Below are positions 28,367 through 37,380 of a DNA stretch of 43,124 bases, piece by piece (position 1 is the first letter of the stretch; every line of letters begins with the position of its first letter). Made by a program: the position numbers and the translations under genes. This DNA is from Bacteroidota bacterium (GTDB lineage Bacteria; Bacteroidota; Bacteroidia; Bacteroidales; Prolixibacteraceae). The notes below the pieces were generated by a model. The model was given only the letters and a program-made list of their open reading frames with translations. It made no database searches and was not told the DNA's origin. The stretch is taken from NCBI GenBank assembly GCA_023393265.1, contig JAEWME010000188.1, positions 1 through 43,124 of the forward strand, read 5' to 3'.

Positions 28367-29137
28367 TTAAAATTTCAGATGTTTAACCGATTCTCCGTTA
28401 TTCTTGATTTCAAGCAGGGCTTCGATTCCTGTGTCGATATGCTCGTGCACATAATTGTTGGTTACAACCTTGTCACTGGCTTCGGTTTTTACGCCGGTCG
28501 AAATCATGGGTTGGTCCGAAACCAAAAGCAAAGCTCCTGAAGGAATCTGGTTATAGAAACCTACCGTGAAAATTGTGGCCGTCTCCATGTCGATGGCCAT
28601 TGCCCGCGATTTTTCGAGGTATTTTTTGAAGCGCTCGTCATATTCCCAAACCCGCTTGTTGGTGGTGTAAACCACGCCGGTCCAATAGTCGCGGTTGCGG
28701 GTCCTGATAATGTGCGACACGGCACGCTGTAGGTTAAATGCCGGAAGTGCTGGTATTTCAGGCGGAAGATAGTCGTTGCTTGTACCATCGCTCCGGATGG
28801 CTGCAATGGGTAAAATAAAGTCGCCCAATTGATTTTTAGGTTTTAAGCCGCCGCATTTTCCGAGGAAAAGGACAGCTTTCGGGTGAATAGCGCTTAGCAA
28901 ATCCATGATGGTGGCGGCATTTGGGCTGCCCATTCCGAAGTTGATAATGGTAATTCCCTCAGCCGAAGCATTGGGCATATTCTTGTCTTCGCCAACCACC
29001 GGAACCCCAAATCGCTGAGCAAACATCTCAACATACAGGCTGAAATTGGTCAGCAAAATATACTTTCCAAAATCTTCCAGCGCCCGCCCTGTGTACCTCG
29101 GAAGCCAGTTTTCTACGATTTCTTCTTTTGTTTTCAT
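28367..29137 (-). CDS. amn: AMP nucleosidase (short Bacteroidota type)
   Basis: MKTKEEIVENWLPRYTG, NFGMGSPNAA, LGKCGG, IDMETATIF, LLLVSDQP, GVKT. Confidence 0.92.
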   Translation of the reverse strand: MKTKEEIVENWLPRYTGRALEDFGKYILLTNFSLYVEMFAQRFGVPVVGEDKNMPNASAEGITIINFGMGSPNAATIMDLLSAIHPKAVLFLGKCGGLKPKNQLGDFILPIAAIRSDGTSNDYLPPEIPALPAFNLQRAVSHIIRTRNRDYWTGVVYTTNKRVWEYDERFKKYLEKSRAMAIDMETATIFTVGFYNQIPSGALLLVSDQPMISTGVKTEASDKVVTNNYVHEHIDTGIEALLEIKNNGESVKHLKF

Positions 29138-29140
29138 AAA

Positions 29141-29226
29141 AAGTGACTAAAGTTCGGAGTCCGAAGTGCCTAAAGTTATCAGCCTTTTTTACTTTAGGCA
29201 CTTCGAACTCCAGGCACTTCGAACTT
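29141..29226. repeat. Hairpin built from short repeat units, in the amn 5' leader
   Basis: GGAGTCCGAAGTGCCTAAAGT (29156-29176) pairs with ACTTTAGGCACTTCGAACTCC (29191-29211) at 20/21. Direct repeats AGGCACTTCGAACT (29196, 29212) and AAGTG(A/C)CTAAAGT (29141, 29164). Confidence 0.85.
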
Positions 29227-29239
29227 TTGTCTATTTTTA

Positions 29240-29247
29240 CAAAAATA
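29240..29247 (-). promoter_or_regulatory. -7 promoter element of the amn-holA operon
   Basis: TATTTTTG on the minus strand. Confidence 0.55.
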
Positions 29248-29267
29248 CAAACTTTGTTGGCTTCATC

Positions 29268-29720
29268 ATGCAAAAATTGAATTTGCCCGAATATTCTTTC
29301 CGGATAAAAAATGAGAATGGCAAAACCTTCATTTTCGATAACCTGCGTAAGAAATTTGTGCGTTTGACTCCTGAAGAATGGGTTCGGCAAAATTTTGTGC
29401 AGTTCCTGATTTCGGAGAAAAACTATTCGGCGCCACTGATGGCCATTGAGGCTGGGGTAATTGTCAACAACAATCCGCAACGGGCCGATTTGGTGGTGTA
29501 CGACCGAAAAGGGTTGCCCGCTTTGGTGGCCGAGTTTAAAGCTCCTGAAGTAAAAATCAGTCAGCAAACGTTCGATCAGATTGTTCGTTACAACATGCAG
29601 TTGAAAGTCGGTCACCTCATCGTGAGCAACGGATTGGGGCATTATTGCTGTTCCATCAATTATTCTGAAAACAGCTATGCTTTTCTTCCAGATATTCCTG
29701 ATTTTGCTTCGATCGTTTAG
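29268..29720 (+). CDS. Stand-alone HsdR N-terminal-domain (PD-(D/E)XK nuclease-like) protein
   Basis: LTPEEWVRQ, RADLVVY, VAEFKAP, FDQIVRYN, VSNG. ATG 29268. Confidence 0.9.
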   Translation: MQKLNLPEYSFRIKNENGKTFIFDNLRKKFVRLTPEEWVRQNFVQFLISEKNYSAPLMAIEAGVIVNNNPQRADLVVYDRKGLPALVAEFKAPEVKISQQTFDQIVRYNMQLKVGHLIVSNGLGHYCCSINYSENSYAFLPDIPDFASIV

Positions 29721-29725
29721 TCTCG

Positions 29726-31369
29726 CTATCCTTCCTTTTTCAATACATTTTCCATTCGGGCCAGCGCCAGATCGAAATTTGAAGTGATGTTTCCCGGACC
29801 GAGCATTTCGCTAATACCGCTTTTTTCGAGTTCAAGCAAAACTTCCGGTTGTACGCCTGAAAGAATGATGTGGATGCGGCGCGATTTCAGGTCTTTAATG
29901 GTCTGTTTCAGGTTGCGGATCCCGGTGCCGTCGATAAACGGAACATGCCGCATTCTGATGATCACCACTTTGGAAGTGTGGCTAATGTCTTTCAAAGTTT
30001 CTTCGTAGCGGCGGGCAGCAGCAAAAAAGAATGGCCCGCTGATTTCAAAGATTTCTACTCCTTTGGGTATGTCGGCATAGTTTTCGAGCGAGTCCGATTC
30101 GTCTTCCATTGATACAACTTTACTGAGGCTCGACATACGCTGCATAAAAAGCAATGATGATAGTACAACACCGACTTCAATGGCAACGGTTAAGTCGATA
30201 AATACGGTCAGGATGAAGGTGCTGAGCAAGATGAATATATCGTATTTGTGACCTTTCAGGATGGAGAAGAAGGACTTCATCTCGCTCATGTTGTACGAAA
30301 CCACGATCAGAATTCCGGCCAGACAAGGCATAGGTATGAGCATCGCCCATTTTCCGAAGAATAACATGATTAGTAAAAGTGTGATCGCATGGATTATTCC
30401 GGCAATTGGGGTGCGTCCGTTGTTTTTGATGTTTGTGGCGGTGCGCGCAATGGCTCCGGTAGCGGGAATGCCGCCGAAAAACGGCGTGACAATATTGGCA
30501 ATTCCCTGGGCAATCAGTTCTGTGTTGGAGCGGTGATTGGAACTGATCATACCGTCGGCCACAACAGCCGAAAGCAGCGATTCGATGGCGCCAAGCAGGG
30601 CGATGGTTAGCGCCGGTTGCATATAGTGTCCCAACTGGTCGAGATGGACCGAAGGAATGGTGAAGGTGAAACTGTTTGGAATCGATCCGAATATTTTCTC
30701 GATGGTGTTTACTTCCACGCCAAAAATAGTTACAATCAACGTCATAACGATGATTGCGATGAATGAACCGGGGATTTTGGGGATGAACCTTCCTGAGAAC
30801 ACCGTGATGACAATGGTTCCGACAGTAATCAATACCGCCGCAGGATTGAAATTTTGTATTTGCTGAAAGTAAACTTCCCATTTGCCGATAAATTCAGCCG
30901 GAAGCTTGTCGATGGGCAATCCCATCGCATCTTTTATTTGTGTCGAGAAAATAACCAGGGCGATACCACTGGTGAACCCGACAATCAAAGGATGTGGAAA
31001 GAATTTCAGGATAGAACCCAGTCGTAAAAATCCAAATGCAATCAGCATCAACCCAGCCAGGATGGTGGAGATAATCAACCCGTCGATACCATAATTTTGG
31101 ATGATTCCGTATACAATGACAATGAAAGCGCCTGTTGGTCCGCCAATCTGGACACGGCTTCCACCCAAAAGTGAGATCAGGAACCCGGCGATAACTGCAG
31201 TGATAATACCTTTGTCGGGCGACACGCCTGACGCAACAGCAAAGGCAATGGCCAGCGGCAATGCCACAATTCCGACGATAATTCCGGCGAAAACATCGTT
31301 TGTAAGGTTCTTAGTCAGCAACCCTTTTTTGAAGAGGCTCCACGTTTTTGGAAGAAAGACTGGTTCCAT
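29726..31369 (-). CDS. SulP/SLC26 anion transporter with STAS domain
   Basis: GIVALPLAIAFAVASG, QIGGPTGAF, GAIESLLSAVVAD, TGAIARTATN, STAS GPFFF...FIDGTG. Confidence 0.95.
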   Translation of the reverse strand: MEPVFLPKTWSLFKKGLLTKNLTNDVFAGIIVGIVALPLAIAFAVASGVSPDKGIITAVIAGFLISLLGGSRVQIGGPTGAFIVIVYGIIQNYGIDGLIISTILAGLMLIAFGFLRLGSILKFFPHPLIVGFTSGIALVIFSTQIKDAMGLPIDKLPAEFIGKWEVYFQQIQNFNPAAVLITVGTIVITVFSGRFIPKIPGSFIAIIVMTLIVTIFGVEVNTIEKIFGSIPNSFTFTIPSVHLDQLGHYMQPALTIALLGAIESLLSAVVADGMISSNHRSNTELIAQGIANIVTPFFGGIPATGAIARTATNIKNNGRTPIAGIIHAITLLLIMLFFGKWAMLIPMPCLAGILIVVSYNMSEMKSFFSILKGHKYDIFILLSTFILTVFIDLTVAIEVGVVLSSLLFMQRMSSLSKVVSMEDESDSLENYADIPKGVEIFEISGPFFFAAARRYEETLKDISHTSKVVIIRMRHVPFIDGTGIRNLKQTIKDLKSRRIHIILSGVQPEVLLELEKSGISEMLGPGNITSNFDLALARMENVLKKEG

Positions 31370-31472
31370 TTCGGTTTATGTTTTTGGAAGGTGCAAAGGT
31401 AGCCTCTTCGGCAAAGTAGTTATTCTTCAGCGGAAATTTTCTTTCGAATAATTTAATATCGGTAGCGTTCTT

Positions 31473-32000
31473 TTACAAAATCTTCTGAAACATCAGTTCG
31501 CTTTTCCAGCCCGATAAAGTCCGGCGCCAGTCCTTTTTGGTACCGGCAAGTTCAAATCCGGCTTTTTTAAACAGGTGAATACTGGCCAGGTTGTCTTCGC
31601 CGATGTTGGCAAACAGTTGGTGCAGCCGCAGGTAGTTGGCTGCATATTGGCAAAGTAGTTCAAGGGCATCTGAGGCATATCCGAGTTTTCTGTCTTTTTC
31701 GTCGTGAATCAGGATGCCAACCCCGGCCCTAAAGTGAAAAGGATCGAAATCGAAGAGATCGATGGCACCGACAGGCGTTCCGTCGGTCGTTTCAATAACC
31801 AGCCGCATTTGTTTGCTCTCATAAATGTCGCGGTTCGATTCTCGGATGTATTTGGCAAGTATAAATTTTGAAAATGGCTCGTACGTGTTGCTGATTTCCC
31901 ATATTTCGGCATCATTTTCCCACTCGTACAAAAGGTCGATGTCTTCAGGCTCCAGCGCCCTGAACCTGATTTTTCCGTATTCAAGTTTCGGGTTATTCAT
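31473..32000 (-). CDS. GNAT-family (RimJ/SpeG-like) N-acetyltransferase
   Basis: RALEPED, GAIDLFDFD, RKLGYASDAL, NLASIHLFKKAGF. Confidence 0.9.
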   Translation of the reverse strand: MNNPKLEYGKIRFRALEPEDIDLLYEWENDAEIWEISNTYEPFSKFILAKYIRESNRDIYESKQMRLVIETTDGTPVGAIDLFDFDPFHFRAGVGILIHDEKDRKLGYASDALELLCQYAANYLRLHQLFANIGEDNLASIHLFKKAGFELAGTKKDWRRTLSGWKSELMFQKIL

Positions 32001-32002
32001 GG

Positions 32003-33943
32003 TTATCCAATTTTACGCCAGCATTTTATAATGATTTCCAAGTCGTTTCTCACTTTGTAGTCTTTGGCATAAACTACATCCAGTTCGTCTTTCTTTTTCT
32101 CTGGAATAGATGCCGGGAAAAGCGAGGCAGGAGAAAGCACTCCTTTTTTTATCGCGGGAAGTTGTAGCTGATTTTTTCGGCAGTATCCAACCCAACTCAA
32201 TTGTCCGGTAATAACACCAAATAAATTGACGAAAAAAGCTTTCTTTTTCTCCTGAAACCACACCAGCAATGGCGAAAGCAGCAGCAAAACAACCGAAGCT
32301 GTCAGGTCGAATAGCCGCTTGTTGTGCCGGTTGTTTTCCTTAGCCAGCGAATTGATGTGGACCACATATAAGTCGCCTGCGGTTGCAATTGAATTGCTTC
32401 CAATAATTGAGAGGCTTTCGGGAGCAGCAATTTTATAGTCAATGTTCAGGTCGTTCAGTTCGAGCATAATCCTGATGATTTCCTGCGATGGAATGTCTTC
32501 CGAAGAAAAAATCAGTTCGTCAATTTTGTTAATCCGAATGATGTCTTTCAATTGGGTCGTATTCCCCAGAAAATTGGGCCGGTGTTCGTTTTCGTCAGGA
32601 GAAACAAATCCGGCGGTTTCAATTTTCAATCCTGAACTTTCAATGAGTTCGCCAATCCGTTTCGACTCGGCATCGCGTGCAACGATAACCACCCGTTTTT
32701 GCTGACCAAGTTCTAGTTCAATGCCTGGCACACGTAGTTTTGACAGAATATAGCGGTAAGCGGGCAGCGCCACAAAAGCCCAGCCAGATCCCATCAACAA
32801 TAGCGCGCGCGAGTAGCGCATCGTTTCGTCAACCAGCGAGTAGAAAACGAGGATTGCCAGCGTTCCCCAAAGTAGCCCTTTGAAAATGCGCGGGAATTTG
32901 ATTTTCTTCCGGTATCCGCCTGCAATCCAGATACTAAATACCCAAAGCAACAGGTAGACAGGTACTGCAATGTGTAAATATTCAGGCGGATAATAACCTT
33001 TCTCGAATTTGTGGGTTTCCCAGTAGGGCAGAAGCAGTGCGAAACCGAAATAAATGGAAGTACCATCGAGTACCGGCAGAAATAGGGCCTTCGAAAAGCG
33101 GGCCGCCAGGGTTAGTAAAGCATGGAAGTAGATGGCGAGATTAATCAGGATCGAATAACGGCGCGCATTGCCTTTCGAAAAATGCTTTCCGGCGAAAATA
33201 ATCATCGCGTTATAAAACACCTTCACATAATTGATGCTGCCTTTTTTTGTGCTTTCGCCTTTATAATGAATGATTGTCGTTTCGGGGAAATAATAATTTT
33301 TGTAGCCGCCAAGCGTGATGCGGTAGGATAGGTCGATGTCTTCGCCATACATAAAATAGTCTTCGTCGAGCAGCCCGACTTTGTCGAGCGTCGTTTTCCG
33401 GAGCAACATAAATGCTCCTGAAAGCACTTCCACCTCGTGAATCTGATTGTTGTCGAGGTAACCCAGATGATAGCGCGCAAAGCGTTTGGAGCGCGGAAAG
33501 AGTTTCGAGAAACCAAACATTTTCCAGAAAGCCACTTCGGGTGTTGGAAGTCCGCGTTTCGATTCGGGAAGAAAACGCCCTTTGCCGTCGATCATCTTTA
33601 CGCCAAGCCCGCCTGCATCCGGCGTCTGGTCCATAAACCCGACAATTTTCGTAAAGCTGTCTTCTTCTACCACCGTATCGGGATTAAGCAACAAAATGTA
33701 TTCGCCTTTTGCAATACGAATGGCTTGGTTGTTGGCTTTAGAGAAACCAGTATTTTCTTTGTTGCTGATAAGTGTTACATCGGGAAACCGCGATTCGATC
33801 ATCTGGCAGGAGCCGTCAACCGAGTTATTGTCGACGACAATGATTTCTGCGCTGAGCTTCGACGCCGCTTTGCGGGCCGCATGAAGGCACTGCTCCAGGA
33901 AATATTTGACATTGTAGTTGACAATGATGACTGACAGCTTCAT
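32003..33943 (-). CDS. GT2 glycosyltransferase fused to TM helices, a Rossmann-like domain and a sugar-transferase-like tail
   Basis: LSVIIVNYN, VVDNNSVDGS, GFSKANN, LLLNPD, FMYGEDID; TM region; KRLFDL...LSWVG...DLEII tail. Confidence 0.9.
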   Translation of the reverse strand: MKLSVIIVNYNVKYFLEQCLHAARKAASKLSAEIIVVDNNSVDGSCQMIESRFPDVTLISNKENTGFSKANNQAIRIAKGEYILLLNPDTVVEEDSFTKIVGFMDQTPDAGGLGVKMIDGKGRFLPESKRGLPTPEVAFWKMFGFSKLFPRSKRFARYHLGYLDNNQIHEVEVLSGAFMLLRKTTLDKVGLLDEDYFMYGEDIDLSYRITLGGYKNYYFPETTIIHYKGESTKKGSINYVKVFYNAMIIFAGKHFSKGNARRYSILINLAIYFHALLTLAARFSKALFLPVLDGTSIYFGFALLLPYWETHKFEKGYYPPEYLHIAVPVYLLLWVFSIWIAGGYRKKIKFPRIFKGLLWGTLAILVFYSLVDETMRYSRALLLMGSGWAFVALPAYRYILSKLRVPGIELELGQQKRVVIVARDAESKRIGELIESSGLKIETAGFVSPDENEHRPNFLGNTTQLKDIIRINKIDELIFSSEDIPSQEIIRIMLELNDLNIDYKIAAPESLSIIGSNSIATAGDLYVVHINSLAKENNRHNKRLFDLTASVVLLLLSPLLVWFQEKKKAFFVNLFGVITGQLSWVGYCRKNQLQLPAIKKGVLSPASLFPASIPEKKKDELDVVYAKDYKVRNDLEIIIKCWRKIG

Positions 33944-33946
33944 CCG

Positions 33947-34573
33947 TTACCTGATAATTGATTCTTCGAAATTGGTCCGGTTTACAATCGAACGGCCCAG
34001 TGTGACTTCATCGGTATATTCGAGCTCGTCGCCGATGGAAACGCCCCGTGCAAGTGTCGATATTTTGATGTTCGTGTTTCTCAGTTTCTTATAAATGTAA
34101 AAGTTGGTGGTGTCGCCTTCCATCGTTGTACTCAGCGCCAGAATCACTTCTTCGGCGTTTTCGCCGGAAGCGCGTTCCACGAGCGAGTCAATTTCAAGAT
34201 TGGACGGGCCGATTCCGTCCATCGGCGAAATGATTCCGCCCAATACATGATAAAGTCCGTTAAACTGGTGCGTATTCTCAATCGACATCACGTCTTTAAT
34301 GTTTTCGACGACACAGATGATTGAAGGGTTTCGGGATGGATTGGAGCAAATATTGCAAACTTCAGTGTCGGAAATATTATGACATACCTTGCAGTGTTTG
34401 ATCTCAGAACGAAGCTGAATGAGGCTGTTCCCGAAAATTTCCACATCATTTACATCTTGTTTAAGTAAATGCAAAACAAGGCGTAAAGCCGATTTTCGGC
34501 CGATGCCCGGAAGCTTGGCAAATTCGTTAACGGCATTTTCCAATAATCTGGAAGGAAACCGGTCAATGTGCAT
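33947..34573 (-). CDS. recR: Recombination mediator RecR
   Basis: [12 protein letters not shown]4 zinc finger, [23 protein letters not shown]. Confidence 0.98.
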   Translation of the reverse strand: MHIDRFPSRLLENAVNEFAKLPGIGRKSALRLVLHLLKQDVNDVEIFGNSLIQLRSEIKHCKVCHNISDTEVCNICSNPSRNPSIICVVENIKDVMSIENTHQFNGLYHVLGGIISPMDGIGPSNLEIDSLVERASGENAEEVILALSTTMEGDTTNFYIYKKLRNTNIKISTLARGVSIGDELEYTDEVTLGRSIVNRTNFEESIIR

Positions 34574-34647
34574 AGTCCATTTTTTATAGTTGCCTCAAAT
34601 TTAATGAGTGTAATCGATAAACGGAATATGCAGGCAAATTTCAGGAG

Positions 34648-37239
34648 TTATTTATTCAGATATTTGGCAACAGTGCTCAAAACATCGTCCATCCTGATTG
34701 GTTTTACCAACACATCGTTGCATCCGGCTTCCATGCATCGTTGGCGGTCTTCGGCCATTGCATAAGCGGTTTGTGCAATAATCGGGATATCTTTGTTCTT
34801 TTCCCTGATCTGGCTTGTTGCTTCGTAACCGCTGATTTCTGGTAACTGGATGTCCATCAGAATGAGGTCGACTTTATCGCTGTTGAAGAGCTTCAATACA
34901 TCAATTCCATCCTTCGCCCAAAGTATTTGTGCGCCTGTTCGTTGCAGGATACTTTGCAGGTACTCGAAGTTGTAAGGCGTATCTTCGGCTACCATGATGG
35001 TGAAGTCAGTAAAATTGTATTTTGAATGGGGCGCCGGCTTTGCCGGTTGCCTTACCAGCGGAATTTTTATTTTATCGTATGGCAGGGTGACGTAAAAAAT
35101 ACTGCCTTCTCCTTCAACCGATTTAACAGTGATGTCGCCTCCCAAAAGGATGGCCAGGTCTTTACTAATCGACAAGCCCAAACCCGAGCCCTGCTGGTTG
35201 CTTGTGCCAGTTTCGTCGCTGTATGTAAACCGTTTGAAAATGTTTCTCATTCTTGCAGGGGTGATGCCCGATCCGGTGTCGGAAACAAAAAACTGAAGTT
35301 TGTTTTCGTTCAGGATACCGTAACCAATTTCTATCAGTCCACGATCGGTATGATTCAGCGCATTCATAAAGAGGTTATTCAGAATTTGCCGTAACCGATA
35401 TGGATCGGTAAAAATTACATCGTGATGTACCTCTTCTGGTACCTGAAAATTGATTTCCAGATGCTGTTTGTCACGCCTTTTCAGGAAGTTATTGTATGTC
35501 ATTTCCAGTTCAGAGAAAAGTTCTTCCAGCGAGCAGGCTTCCTTTTTTATTTTCAGTTCATTGGCTTCAATTTTCGAAACGTCGATGATGTCGTCGATAA
35601 GCCTCAGTAAACTTTGGCTGTTTTCTTCGATGATGTCGGTGTATTTTGCTCTTTTTTGAGGTGGAAGGTTTTCGTTCTTCACCAATTCACTAAATCCGAT
35701 AATTGTATTTATGGGCGTCCTGATTTCGTGGCTCATGTTGGCCAGAAAGTGATTCTTATAATTGTTAGCAGTTTCTGCATCAAGTTTTGCCTTTTTCAGG
35801 TCCTTCTCAATTTTTTTCAGATAACTGATGTTCTCGGCAATTTTCACATAATGAGTGATGGTGCCAAAGTCGTTTCTAATGGGCGATATGCTGGCTAGTT
35901 CCCAGTAAAATTCTCCGTTTTTTTTACGGTTCTTCAATTCACCCTGCCACTCGTTTCCTGAGCTGATTGTTCGCCACATTTTTTCGTAGAACGTGTGCGG
36001 CTGAAATCCTGATTTCAGGATATTTGTTTTTTTGCCCAGTATTTCCTGATCTTTCCATCCGGTGATTTTGCAGAAAGCGGGGTTGCAGTACTCAATAAAT
36101 CCATCGACGTCTGTAATAACTACCATGATTGGACTTTGAATGATGGCCTGGTTCAGCTTTTTTAACTCGTTTTCAGATTTTTTTTCCCGCGTGATATCGA
36201 AATGTGCGCCCATGATGCGGATGGCTTTACCACTTTCGTCGCGAAGTGCGGTGGCCCGGCTCCTAATCCAGATGTAGTTGCCGCTTTTATGTTTTAGCCT
36301 GAACTCGGCTTCATACAATAGCAGCCCGCTGTTGATAAAGCTGTCCATGAAATGAACCATGCGGTCTTTGTCTTCGGGATGGAGTAAATCTTCCCAGACT
36401 GAAAATTTATTGGGTAGTTCGTCCGGATAGTAGCCCAGCATCGATTTCCAACGCTTCGAATAAAATGTTTTTCCTTCAGCCACCATGTAATCCCAGATAC
36501 CAAGGTCGGCAGCTTCGGTTGCCATCTCATAGCGTGTTTCGCTTTCGGTAAGCTGCTCTTCAATTGCTTTATATCCGGTAATGTTCTTCAGAATAAGCAG
36601 AACAGACTGCAGTTGGTTTACCGGGTCTGTTTCGGGTGTGGCGGTTACATTCCACCATGTTTTCTTCTGCCCGACAGTCAGGCTTATTTCCTTGTCTTTT
36701 TGCTTTTGTGATTGGAAAGTTCTGGAAACCAATTCTACAAATACTTTGGTTTTATCTCCAAAAATCTGGCTTTCTTCAATGGTTTTTCCGACGACGTTGG
36801 AGGCTTTCGCTTTTAGTCCTGAACTGATGTTGGATGAAGCGTAAGAAACCTGCATATCGGGGTTTATCCTGATCAGTATCTCCTTCATCTTTTCAGACAA
36901 AGATTTCTCCTGAAGTTTCTCGGTTCTGGGAGATTCCTCGAAGCTGAGAATGGTGTATCCGCTAATCGGTGTTACAGCTATAGTAAGGTCGGTGCTCTTT
37001 TTTTCGTAAAAAAGATGCCTGATTTTGCGTTCGCTTACAGCAGGGAGCACTTCGTTTTCGAAAAAGAAGCGCAGGTTCTTCTTCAGACTTTCTGTTAACT
37101 GAACCAGGTCGCCCGAAAGATTCAGTTTTTCTTTTCTTAGGATCTGTTTAACTGCTCCTGAATATTCTTCAATTTGCAGGTTGTCGTTAAGTTTGATGTA
37201 TCCTGAGAAATATTCCGTTATATCACTGGATTCAAGCAT
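34648..37239 (-). CDS. Cytoplasmic hybrid sensor kinase (multiple PAS, HisKA, HATPase, receiver)
   Basis: PAS repeats (LHPEDK, NEWQGELKNRKKNG), FLANMSHEIRTP, GSGLGLSI, receiver ILMDIQLP...KP. Confidence 0.95.
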   Translation of the reverse strand: MLESSDITEYFSGYIKLNDNLQIEEYSGAVKQILRKEKLNLSGDLVQLTESLKKNLRFFFENEVLPAVSERKIRHLFYEKKSTDLTIAVTPISGYTILSFEESPRTEKLQEKSLSEKMKEILIRINPDMQVSYASSNISSGLKAKASNVVGKTIEESQIFGDKTKVFVELVSRTFQSQKQKDKEISLTVGQKKTWWNVTATPETDPVNQLQSVLLILKNITGYKAIEEQLTESETRYEMATEAADLGIWDYMVAEGKTFYSKRWKSMLGYYPDELPNKFSVWEDLLHPEDKDRMVHFMDSFINSGLLLYEAEFRLKHKSGNYIWIRSRATALRDESGKAIRIMGAHFDITREKKSENELKKLNQAIIQSPIMVVITDVDGFIEYCNPAFCKITGWKDQEILGKKTNILKSGFQPHTFYEKMWRTISSGNEWQGELKNRKKNGEFYWELASISPIRNDFGTITHYVKIAENISYLKKIEKDLKKAKLDAETANNYKNHFLANMSHEIRTPINTIIGFSELVKNENLPPQKRAKYTDIIEENSQSLLRLIDDIIDVSKIEANELKIKKEACSLEELFSELEMTYNNFLKRRDKQHLEINFQVPEEVHHDVIFTDPYRLRQILNNLFMNALNHTDRGLIEIGYGILNENKLQFFVSDTGSGITPARMRNIFKRFTYSDETGTSNQQGSGLGLSISKDLAILLGGDITVKSVEGEGSIFYVTLPYDKIKIPLVRQPAKPAPHSKYNFTDFTIMVAEDTPYNFEYLQSILQRTGAQILWAKDGIDVLKLFNSDKVDLILMDIQLPEISGYEATSQIREKNKDIPIIAQTAYAMAEDRQRCMEAGCNDVLVKPIRMDDVLSTVAKYLNK

Positions 37240-37380
37240 AATGGCCTTTTATTGTGTTTAGGTACTTTAAAGTTACAGAAAAATACATTGCAAACATAAT
37301 GGTGATGTGATTTTTATCAGATCGTCCATTTTCGGCATGTAAACACAAATTAGCTATAACAATTGATCTGACCAAAGTGC

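Noticed and set aside
29141..29226. Mini CRISPR array
   Set aside because: Repeat units are 13-14 bp, partly inverted, with no unique spacers and no cas genes
29166..29720. Type I restriction-modification system
   Set aside because: Only a short HsdR N-terminal domain is present; there is no helicase, hsdM or hsdS in the window
30177..30881. Long alternative-frame or antisense ORFs (30177..30881, 22723..23403, 7095..7742, 29028..29642 and others)
   Set aside because: They overlap well-supported genes, have atypical composition and show no domain motifs
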